Below, piece by piece: positions 9,777 to 17,817 of a stretch of 64,000 nucleotides of DNA (the first letter of the stretch is position 1; the number at the start of each line of letters is the position of its first letter). The notes beneath the pieces are model-generated. The model saw only the letters and a list, made by a program, of their open reading frames with translations. It searched no databases and had not been told where the DNA came from. A program made the translations under genes and the position numbers. This DNA is from Gammaproteobacteria bacterium (GTDB taxonomy: Bacteria > Pseudomonadota > Gammaproteobacteria > GRL18), in assembly GCA_026994225.1 (NCBI GenBank), contig JALWRI010000121.1, positions 30,630 to 94,629 on the forward strand, given 5' to 3'.

Positions 9777-11801
9777 AATCACTGAAAATGCTATCGAAAC
9801 CTTCTGCATCGAACTACTGTAAAAGCAGGGGTACGAATATATCTACGCCTCTGATATTGCCCCAGATAGTGATAATCCGCAACGCAGCAGTTTTGAAGAT
9901 ATTTTATTAAACAGCCGTCTAACGGCTGCTATTGCCAGAATCAATCCAACGATTCCGCACGATGCCCGACAAGAGGCAATTAAAGAAATCAGTCGCATTC
10001 ATTCCCCCGAATTACTGAGTAATAACGAGACTTTTCACCGAATGCTCACCGAAGGGGTGAAGGTGAGCTACCAAAAAAACGGCAGCCAGCGCGGTGATCT
10101 GGTGTGGCTGGTGGATTTTACCAACCCACAAAACAATGATTTTGTGGTTGCCAATCAGTTGACGGTGATTGAAAACGGGGTAAATAAACGCTCTGATGTG
10201 GTGTTATTTATCAATGGCTTGCCGTTAGTGGTGATTGAGCTTAAAAGTGCTGCGGATGAAAACGCCACGATTAAATCCGCTTACCAACAACTGCAAACCT
10301 ACAAACAAGCCATTCCCAGCCTGTTTACTTATAACGGTTTGATGATTATTTCAGATGGTCTGGAGGAGAAGGCGGGTTCACTCTCGGCTGGACTCAGCCG
10401 TTTTATGAACTGGAAAACTGCTGATGGCAAGATCGAGGCCTCCCATCTGGTCAGCCAGTTGGAAACCCTGATTAAAGGGATGCTGAATAAAGAAACCTTG
10501 CTGGATTTGATTCGTCATTTTATTGTGTTTGAGAAATCCAAAAGCGAAGACCCCAAAACGGGCGTGGTGACGATAGAGACGGTAAAAAAGGGACAAGGCA
10601 TGCCTTGTCTCTTAAAAAATTGCTACAGGTTGCCTCAGGTGGGGTAATTTTTTCCACCATTCAAAAGTTCCAACCCGATGAAGGCAATGTTACTGGTAAA
10701 AAGGTGGTGTATGGTTTTGCTAAATATATGTGTGATGCCCTGCCGAATGCCACTTATTTAGGGTTTACAGGTACGCCAATAGAAAGCACCGATACCAACA
10801 CCTCCGCTGTTTTTGGTAATTATATTGATGTTTATGATATAGCCCAGGCCGTTGAAGATGGGGCAACGGTGTGTATTTATTATGAATACGCAAAAAGCCA
10901 AGGCAAAATGGACGCAGTTAGAAGCGTTAATCGGTAGTGAAAATCGCATTAAAAATATTGCTCAGGATATTGTCAGTCATTTTGAGCAACGCCGGGCCGT
11001 GTTTGAGGGTAAGGGCATGATTGTTGCCATGAGTCGCCGTATTGCCACTGATTTATACGCCCAAATCATCAAGATCAAACCTGACTGGCATTCCGATGAT
11101 CTGTATAAAGGCGTGATTAAAGTGGTGATGACCTCCAGTTCATCCGATGGTCCTGAAATTGCCAAGCACCATACCACCAAGGCACAGAGAAAAATGCTGG
11201 CAGATAGAATGAAACACCCTGATGATAAACTTAAATTGGTGATTGTGCGGGATATGTGGCTAACAGGCTTTGATGCCCCCAGTTTGCACACATTATATAT
11301 TGATAAGCCAATGAAAGGGCATAAAACCTGATGCAAGCGATTGCACGGGTGAATCGGGTTTATAAAGACAAGCCGGGCGGCTTGATTGTTGATTATTTGG
11401 GGATTGCATCCGATCTGAAAAAAGCCCTGTCTTTTTATTCCGATGCGGGCGGAAAAGGCGACTCGACTATTTTACAAGAGCAAGTCGTTGAACTGATGTT
11501 GGAGAAGTTGGAAGTGATTGCTCAGTTGTTTTATGGCTTTGCTTATGAACAATATTTTGCCGCAGATACTGCCCAAAAACTATCACTAATTCTAGCGGCG
11601 GAAGATCATATTCTAGGTTTGGAGGATGGCAAGAAACACTTTATGAATGAAATCATCGCTTTATCTAAAGTTTTTGCCATTGCCATACCCCATGAACAGG
11701 CAATGGATGTTAAAGAGGAAATCGCTTTTTTTCAGGCAGTAGAGGTGTTGAAAAAATTTGGTGAAAAGCAAATCACTCGATGTAAACATGGGATTGTCTG
11801 A
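9766..11801 (+). pseudogene. hsdR: Type I restriction enzyme R subunit HsdR, multiply disrupted
   Basis: 'MMNKITENAIETFCIELL*KQGYEYI' has an in-frame TAA at 9820-9822. 'VVLFINGLPLVVIELK' is the nuclease-domain region. Helicase motif I and the DEAH box are missing, while '[11 protein letters not shown]' and 'LGFTGTPIE' remain. Frame changes occur near 10610, about 10900 and 11330 ('GHKT*MQAIARVNRV'). The 3' end is replaced by a tnpB relic. Confidence 0.85.
10588..10613. repeat. Second copy of the RAYT-gene palindrome (AAGGGACAAGGCATGCCTTGTCTCTT) at the hsdR deletion junction
   Basis: The 18-nt core GACAAGGCATGCCTTGTC (10592-10609) is identical to 8335-8352. The 24-nt stretch matches 23/24. 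A6 runs flank both sides. Confidence 0.95.
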
Positions 11802-11986
11802 GTTGTGGCAGCACTGGTATTGATCGGGATATTAACGCCAGTGGCAAGATCCGGCAGCAGGGGATTTTGAAACCAAAGACGGCAGGTCTTATCGTTTTTG
11901 CTGATGGAGGCTTGGATAATTCCGGCACACCGCCGGTTGTTGCTAATAAAGTCAGAAGCCTTGCCTGTTAAGGCGGGGAGAAGTTA
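11786..11986 (+). mobile_element. IS200/IS605-family TnpB C-terminal relic with right-end-like hairpin
   Basis: The frame from 11786 reads 'TWDCLSCGSTGIDRDINASGKIRQQG...' (CxxCG...DRDxNA zinc-finger/RuvC-III region), with its stop at 11969-11971. A hairpin at 11959-11978 (gccttgcc/ggcgggg, with G-T pairs) follows. Confidence 0.6.
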
Positions 11987-13276
11987 CGGAATATCCAAAT
12001 CTAATTCAGGAGAAAGGGGTTTATTATCCTTTTTTTGTTGTTTTTCTTCTTCTTCTTGTTCTTTTAATGCAGCTTCCCAAGGATCTATGCTGTTATCTGG
12101 TGGAGTATCCCCCGCTTCTTTTTGTGCAGTAGCTTGTGCTTCTTCTTCTGCCTGCTCTTTTAATGCCGCTGCCCAAGGGTCATCCTCTGTTCCTTCTTCT
12201 GCTATACTGTTATTGTTATGGGCAGCTTGTTCTGAAAAGGCCTCTTGCCATAGTGCATCAGCATCCTCTTCTTGACTTTCAGTGGATGTATCTGCTACAA
12301 GCGTGTCTGTTTGAGTTGTTGCATGATGCTCTTTTTCTGCTTGCTCTTTTAATGCTGCCGCCCAAAGGTCATCTTCTGCCCCTTCTTCTGCTATATTATC
12401 ATTGTTATGAGCAGCTTGTTCTGAAAAGGCTTCTTGCCATAGCGCATCGGCATCCTCTTCTTCTGTGTTATCAGTACTTTCTGCTGTAATGTTTGTTTCT
12501 GTTTCTGTTTCTGCTACTATTTGGGTTGCTGGCTCTGAGCTAGCAATAGTATCAAATGTTTCTCCTACTATGGTCTTATCATCTACTAAGGATTCTTCTA
12601 TAGTACTTGTAGCAGCAGGAGTTGTGGGCGTAGAGGCAGTGGGGTCTATTTTTTGACGCAAGTGTAAGATAGCTTTTAATATTTCATTAGCTTGAATATT
12701 TTGTGTTTCAGGGTTAGTATGACCATATTCAGTTACCAGTGTTGTGAGTGTTTCTAATGCTTCATTAAGATGCTCATTGACATTATTATTATTTTTTTCT
12801 AATTGCTGTATTTGATACATTAAATTCATTTTTTCTTGATCTAATTCCTGGCATTGCTGAGATAATGCGGCTACTTCTGTTGCATTGGCACTACCCGATG
12901 TATTTTTAGTAATAGTAAAAAAATGATTATTCATGGTACTTAATTGCTTGCGCAAGGTAAGTAATGCTTGTGGATCACGATTGCGTTCTAAATAAATCTG
13001 ACTAAAAGTTTTAATAAAATCCGTTTCTACTTGTAATAACTTCTCACTCTCCTCATCAATATTTCCACTGTGATCATGTACCTCTTTTAATAATGTTTTA
13101 ATTTCTAATTTACGGTTATCATTGGTGAGATTAGTGATCTGGCTTAATTGATTGATGGCATCTAAATCTGCTTTTTTTTGACGTAAAACCCGGACAACGA
13201 TAATAATGGTAATAATGGCAAGAACCACTGCAATTTCACTGATAATAATTAATAAGCTAGGAATGGTTTCTGACAT
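11984..13276 (-). CDS. Membrane-anchored coiled-coil protein with an acidic C-terminal tail carrying five 'D-x-[LP]-W-x-x-A-[FL]-[KS]-E-Q' motifs
   Basis: 430 aa. N-terminal TM 'LLIIISEIAVVLAIITIIIVV', a Q/N/E-rich coiled-coil region and a repeat tail. The start overlaps the upstream vWA gene stop by 1 nt. Confidence 0.75.
   Translation of the reverse strand: MSETIPSLLIIISEIAVVLAIITIIIVVRVLRQKKADLDAINQLSQITNLTNDNRKLEIKTLLKEVHDHSGNIDEESEKLLQVETDFIKTFSQIYLERNRDPQALLTLRKQLSTMNNHFFTITKNTSGSANATEVAALSQQCQELDQEKMNLMYQIQQLEKNNNNVNEHLNEALETLTTLVTEYGHTNPETQNIQANEILKAILHLRQKIDPTASTPTTPAATSTIEESLVDDKTIVGETFDTIASSEPATQIVAETETETNITAESTDNTEEEDADALWQEAFSEQAAHNNDNIAEEGAEDDLWAAALKEQAEKEHHATTQTDTLVADTSTESQEEDADALWQEAFSEQAAHNNNSIAEEGTEDDPWAAALKEQAEEEAQATAQKEAGDTPPDNSIDPWEAALKEQEEEEKQQKKDNKPLSPELDLDIP
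12143..12460. repeat. Intragenic tandem duplication, period 189 nt (63 aa), about 1.7 copies
   Basis: 'EEDADALWQEAFSEQAAHNN..IAEEG.EDD.WAAALKEQAE' occurs at residues 273-314 and again at 336-378 of the 430-aa protein. Confidence 0.9.
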
Positions 13277-15114
13277 TATATCGCCTCAATCAATGTTTGT
13301 ATTTGTTCTTTTTGCTTCTTTTTCCAATGTTTATAGAGTAACCAACTAGGTATAGCAATAATAATATTGCTTAAAAATACAATGAATGCTACAAGTAACC
13401 AATTTACTGGGGTATCTACAGGGGAAGTGTTTTTTGTTGGAGGCGGCTCTTTTGCTGTAGATGGCACTTCAAGTTGTTTTTTGGCCGGTTTTTTTTGTTT
13501 TTTTGTCGCTAATTTCAGTTCAATGAGAGGAGAACGGTATTGGATGCTTCTTCCTTGTTTAGATTGTGTAGATACTAAAAGTTGCACTCGGTATTTTTTA
13601 TTGGCATCGAGGATTGGAGTAGGAAAACTCCACAGTTTTGCTGGTGAGGGTTCTGATTTTAAGAGCGTCTTTTTGCCGACAGAATTAACTAAAAAAGCAG
13701 TAACTTGTGTTTTGTCTGGATCAACAAATTCTAGCAGAGGGGATACTAAAATGCGGTATACTAATTGTGGTGCAGGAGATAACAATTCAATATGGGGAGA
13801 TACCAATAGTGTATTACTAACATGTAAATAATGTTGTAATTCTCGTTGAAAGGTTGGGCTGGAAATTTTTACATTTAGTATGTGATCACCAGGAATTAAG
13901 GTTTTCTCTAATATTAGTGTGTAATAGCCATCACCACTTTTTTTATCTCCTTGTAATCCAAAATCACTTAAAAACCATTTTTGTTCTTCTTCATCGGGTT
14001 GGGTTTGTGCGATGGCAACAGAAATAACTTGTAAAAAGTCTTCGTCATCAATATGTTTATCATTTTCAGTGAGGGATATTAAAATGCTAAGGGTTTCCCC
14101 ATAAAATACATTATTGGGGAGGGGAGATGTTTGCATTTGTAAATTAGTAACTACCATAGCACGGTTATCAGGATCCATTTCTGCGTTAATATGCCATTCC
14201 CCCGACATAGGTTTAGTAATAGTAATTAAGTCATAACCCACTTCATGTTGCCATGATACATATTTTTTATAATGTTTGTTAAATGTGATTTTCTTTTTGT
14301 CAGGCATAATTATTTCAGTAGGTCGAGCGTTTTTTTTTCGAAAAACCAACAGGGTTAATTCATAGATAGAGTTATCTATAGTAAACGTATTATCAGTTAA
14401 TGGAACAGTATCACGAGGTGTCGCTTTTTCAAACATATGTAAAAAAATATGCTGGAGTTGATCGGCATTATCGGTTTGTTCAAATCCTCCATCGGTAGTT
14501 AATGAAAGGTCTTGCAAAAATTGATGATCTGCATTTTCAGATAAAGCAATAGTGTGTACTTTTATATGTTGTTGTTGTAACTGAGGGACTAATTGTTCCA
14601 AAATTCGTGTTTTTTCAATCCTGTTTTTATTCGGATCTTTAGAAATATCAACCATTCCGTCAGTAAGTAAAATGATATTACGATGAGATACTTGATCATC
14701 TTTGATGGGATGTTGTTTCCAATAAGTCAAGGCTTTTTGTAAAATATTTCCAATATCAGTAAATAGTTCTTGTGAAGTAATTTTATTTTCAATACGTTGG
14801 GCCTTGTTTTTCCAATTTTTGTTGGTGGTACTCATTTTTAATAGTGGTTTGGATTTAGCACCAAATGTCCAGATTGCTGCTTTAGATTCAGAAGGGAGTA
14901 AACTACTTAACAAACGTAATGCAGGTCGTCTGAGATTTTGGGGATCATTTTTTTTCATGCTACCTGATACATCAATAAGAATAAAGGTCTCATTGGTAAC
15001 AGAAGGTACTTTTGCATGACAGATATTCGTACATATAAAGAGTATAATATATAATAGAGGGAAGATATTATATTGGGATACAAGAGAAAAGATAGAACTA
15101 TAATATATCGACAT
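13276..15114 (-). CDS. Exported, C-terminally membrane-anchored von Willebrand factor A (vWA) domain protein
   Basis: 612 aa. MIDAS 'DVSGS' in 'ILIDVSGSMKKND' and 'ILLTDG'. Hydrophobic N-terminal signal. A long beta-rich middle, then C-terminal TM 'WLLVAFIVFLSNIIIAIPSWLL' followed by a K-rich tail. Confidence 0.8.
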   Translation of the reverse strand: MSIYYSSIFSLVSQYNIFPLLYIILFICTNICHAKVPSVTNETFILIDVSGSMKKNDPQNLRRPALRLLSSLLPSESKAAIWTFGAKSKPLLKMSTTNKNWKNKAQRIENKITSQELFTDIGNILQKALTYWKQHPIKDDQVSHRNIILLTDGMVDISKDPNKNRIEKTRILEQLVPQLQQQHIKVHTIALSENADHQFLQDLSLTTDGGFEQTDNADQLQHIFLHMFEKATPRDTVPLTDNTFTIDNSIYELTLLVFRKKNARPTEIIMPDKKKITFNKHYKKYVSWQHEVGYDLITITKPMSGEWHINAEMDPDNRAMVVTNLQMQTSPLPNNVFYGETLSILISLTENDKHIDDEDFLQVISVAIAQTQPDEEEQKWFLSDFGLQGDKKSGDGYYTLILEKTLIPGDHILNVKISSPTFQRELQHYLHVSNTLLVSPHIELLSPAPQLVYRILVSPLLEFVDPDKTQVTAFLVNSVGKKTLLKSEPSPAKLWSFPTPILDANKKYRVQLLVSTQSKQGRSIQYRSPLIELKLATKKQKKPAKKQLEVPSTAKEPPPTKNTSPVDTPVNWLLVAFIVFLSNIIIAIPSWLLYKHWKKKQKEQIQTLIEAI

Positions 15115-15326
15115 ACGTCATAACTTATAAAAACTTAAAAGAGTAGAGTCTGGGTGTATTGTTTGTGCGGTTAGAATATAGCCGATTATATAGCTTTTTT
15201 ACAGCTTCCATCAATATGCAATGCTATATAAATTAAGTCAATCGCTATTGTAAGAACAAATAAATACCGTATGTTATAATAATTATTTATATTTCACACA
15301 TAGTTTATTTTGCTGGTGCATATGGT

Positions 15327-15836
15327 ATGCAAGGCACAATGGATAATTATAATAAATATATTTTAGTCGTTGATGATGATATGTTGAATAGGGAGCTGAT
15401 TGCGGAAATATTAGTAGAGAATATGCAAACAAACCATTATCATCTTGATTTTGCAGTAAATGGTGAAGAATGTTTACAAAAATTACAGCAAACTAAATAC
15501 CAATATGATGTTATTTTACTCGATCGTATGATGCCTGTGATGGATGGTATGCAAGTATTACAAAATATTAAAGAGCATGAACAGTGGAAATATATCCCTA
15601 TTATTATGCAAACTGCAAAAGTGGGTTTAGATAATATTGTAGAAGGCATTGAAGTGGGTGTTTTTCAGTATTTAACCAAGCCTTTTGAATGGGAAAAGTA
15701 TATGGAGTTTGATCCTGGCAGAGCCTTTGATCCAAATGGGAGGGGAATTGCGATGGCACAAAGTATGAGTTTTGATAAATTGGAATTTTTTCGACCGGGA
15801 AATAAAGTAAAAGCAACACTTATCTTAAAAGACTAA
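15327..15836 (+). CDS. Response-regulator receiver domain fused to the last ~45 aa of an RsbW/SpoIIAB-type HATPase-like domain (probable internal deletion)
   Basis: 'ILVVDDD...DVILLDRMMPVMDG...MQTAK...YLTKPFE' is the REC domain. The tail 'FDPGRAFDPNGRGIAMAQSMSFDKLEFFRPGNKVKATLILK' resembles the G2-box end of HATPase_c_2. Confidence 0.65.
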   Translation: MQGTMDNYNKYILVVDDDMLNRELIAEILVENMQTNHYHLDFAVNGEECLQKLQQTKYQYDVILLDRMMPVMDGMQVLQNIKEHEQWKYIPIIMQTAKVGLDNIVEGIEVGVFQYLTKPFEWEKYMEFDPGRAFDPNGRGIAMAQSMSFDKLEFFRPGNKVKATLILKD

Positions 15837-15999
15837 GTATTATGCTGCTGTTATGATCTTTGATGAGGACGGATAAGCGTGCAAGAGTGCAATTTTTTGG
15901 CCAGTATTTATGGAAACTTAAATTTCAGTGGTGAAGAACAGATCTAAACAGAGATTGTCCAACATATTGTATCGGTAATATAACAGCAAGGTAGTGTAA

Positions 16000-17817
16000 A
16001 TGACAATAAATATACCAAAATATATTGGGCGTTTTCCTGTGATTAAAAAATTGGGTCATGGGGGTATGGGAGCGGTTTATCATGCAAAAGATCCTGATAT
16101 TGATAGAGATGTTGCAATTAAGGTTTTAACAGGTGTTACTGATGAGGTATCTAAAAAAAGATTTTTAAATGAAGCAAAAACGATTGGTCGTTTATCGCAT
16201 CCTAATATTGTCTTATTACTTGAATATGGCTTTCAGGGTGATGAACCCTATTTGGTTATGGAATACTTATCAGGTGATTCGCTAGATACCTGGATAAAAA
16301 AGTACCCTGTAGCAGAATCATTGGAAACAAGACGTAATATTATTTTACAGTTATGTCGTGCTGTGAATTATTCTCATCAACAGGACATTTTGCATAGAGA
16401 TATTAAGTTGCAAAATATCCAAATTTTGCCGGATAATTCAGTAAAACTTTTGGATTTTGGTATTGCACAAACAGAAAATACTCATTTTACTGCTACAGGG
16501 CAATTTATTGGTACACCCGAATTTTTAGCACCAGAAATCCTTAATGGACAACCGCACAGTACTAGCACTGATTGTTATTCAGTTAACTTAATTGCTTATA
16601 CATTATTGACTGATACCCGCCCTTTTAATGCAAAAACATTACAAGAGTTAGTGACTCATAAATTAACACTCATCCCTTCACCCCCTCATAAGCTAAATAA
16701 AGCAGTAAGTAAAGCCTTGTCTAAAATGGTGATGAGTTATTTAGAAATGCCTGCTAATTTACGTTATCAGAATTTAGAGCCATTAGAACAAGCTATTATA
16801 GATCCGAGTACAGCAACATTGACAAGCAGTTTTTTTACACTTAATAATGATGTAACTTTAATAGCTCAAAATACAGTAGTCAGTGCCAGCATAAGAAAAA
16901 AGCGCAGAGTTAATCTATGGTTAGGTATTTTGTTGCTATTAGTAATAGCAGGAGGGATGGGAATACTGTTTGTTGAGCAGTGGAATAAAAAAACGGAGGT
17001 GGTTGATAGCTCCCCAGTTATCACTCCAAAAAACGAGTTAAAACAAGCGGCTAGTAAAAAACACCTAGCTAAAGAGGAGAAAGAGGATAAAGTAGCGCAA
17101 TTACCCGTCGTGCCGCTGATGGTTGCCTCTCCAACCCCAACGCCGCCACAGCCAGAAAAAGATAAACGTCCTCCTCAGGTAACTACGGTAATACCTCCTC
17201 CCATGATGACGTTAGAAAAAGTACCAGTAAAAACTCCTAACATACCTGCTGATAAGATAAAAAAACACCCAGTGCAGACTAAGCAAGTAAAAAAAGAGGA
17301 TAGGCAAGATGCAGATAAAAAACAGCCATCAAAATCAGAGGCTATGGTGGCGGTAAAAAAAATGCCTGTTATGACAATAAAAAAAACAGAACCTGTAGCT
17401 TTAGTGCAAAACCCTGCCCCTTCGAATTTGGATTTAGATAACAATAAGAGCGCAGTATCCGTACCCATACCGCCACCTCCGGTAAAACCGCCTTCTGTAA
17501 GCCGTTTACCTTCTTTAGCCTTATTGGGAGATCATCCGAAAATTAGGGCTATTTCTTCAACTTCTTTGCGGAGAGGGAAACAGATAGATTTTCAAATAGT
17601 ATTAGACAAAAGTATACCAAGTATAAAATTTTTTTTTCATCACAATAATAAAAAAACACAACAAGTTAAAATTTATCAACAAGATGAGCTATCACATAAT
17701 CGCTTTAATTTAAAACTGTTTGTAGAACCTAATGCACAGTTAGGTACATATATTTTATTTGGTGGTACGTATGATAATGTATTAACCGATCCACTAATTA
17801 TAAGGGTAACATTGTAA
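16000..17817 (+). CDS. Transmembrane Ser/Thr protein kinase with a P/K-rich linker and an extracytoplasmic C-terminal beta-rich domain
   Basis: 'GHGGMGAVY', 'VAIKVL', 'HRDIKLQN', 'DFG' and 'GTPEFLAPE' are all present. TM 'LWLGILLLLVIAGGMGILFV'. Confidence 0.9.
   Translation: MTINIPKYIGRFPVIKKLGHGGMGAVYHAKDPDIDRDVAIKVLTGVTDEVSKKRFLNEAKTIGRLSHPNIVLLLEYGFQGDEPYLVMEYLSGDSLDTWIKKYPVAESLETRRNIILQLCRAVNYSHQQDILHRDIKLQNIQILPDNSVKLLDFGIAQTENTHFTATGQFIGTPEFLAPEILNGQPHSTSTDCYSVNLIAYTLLTDTRPFNAKTLQELVTHKLTLIPSPPHKLNKAVSKALSKMVMSYLEMPANLRYQNLEPLEQAIIDPSTATLTSSFFTLNNDVTLIAQNTVVSASIRKKRRVNLWLGILLLLVIAGGMGILFVEQWNKKTEVVDSSPVITPKNELKQAASKKHLAKEEKEDKVAQLPVVPLMVASPTPTPPQPEKDKRPPQVTTVIPPPMMTLEKVPVKTPNIPADKIKKHPVQTKQVKKEDRQDADKKQPSKSEAMVAVKKMPVMTIKKTEPVALVQNPAPSNLDLDNNKSAVSVPIPPPPVKPPSVSRLPSLALLGDHPKIRAISSTSLRRGKQIDFQIVLDKSIPSIKFFFHHNNKKTQQVKIYQQDELSHNRFNLKLFVEPNAQLGTYILFGGTYDNVLTDPLIIRVTL

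Noticed and set aside
6950-9822. The in-frame TAA codons as evidence for stop-codon reassignment or programmed read-through
   Set aside because: TAA is the normal terminator of many clearly intact genes in this window (ribF, ispH, tgt and secD, for example). All three cases lie in an island with independent frameshifts and deletions, so they are ordinary nonsense mutations.
11898-12656. Plus-strand ORFs 11898..12275, 12136..12489 and 12465..12656
   Set aside because: They are antisense to the repeat-rich acidic tail of the 430-aa minus-strand gene. Their translations are low-complexity Leu/Ser/Cys-rich, which is typical of shadow ORFs.
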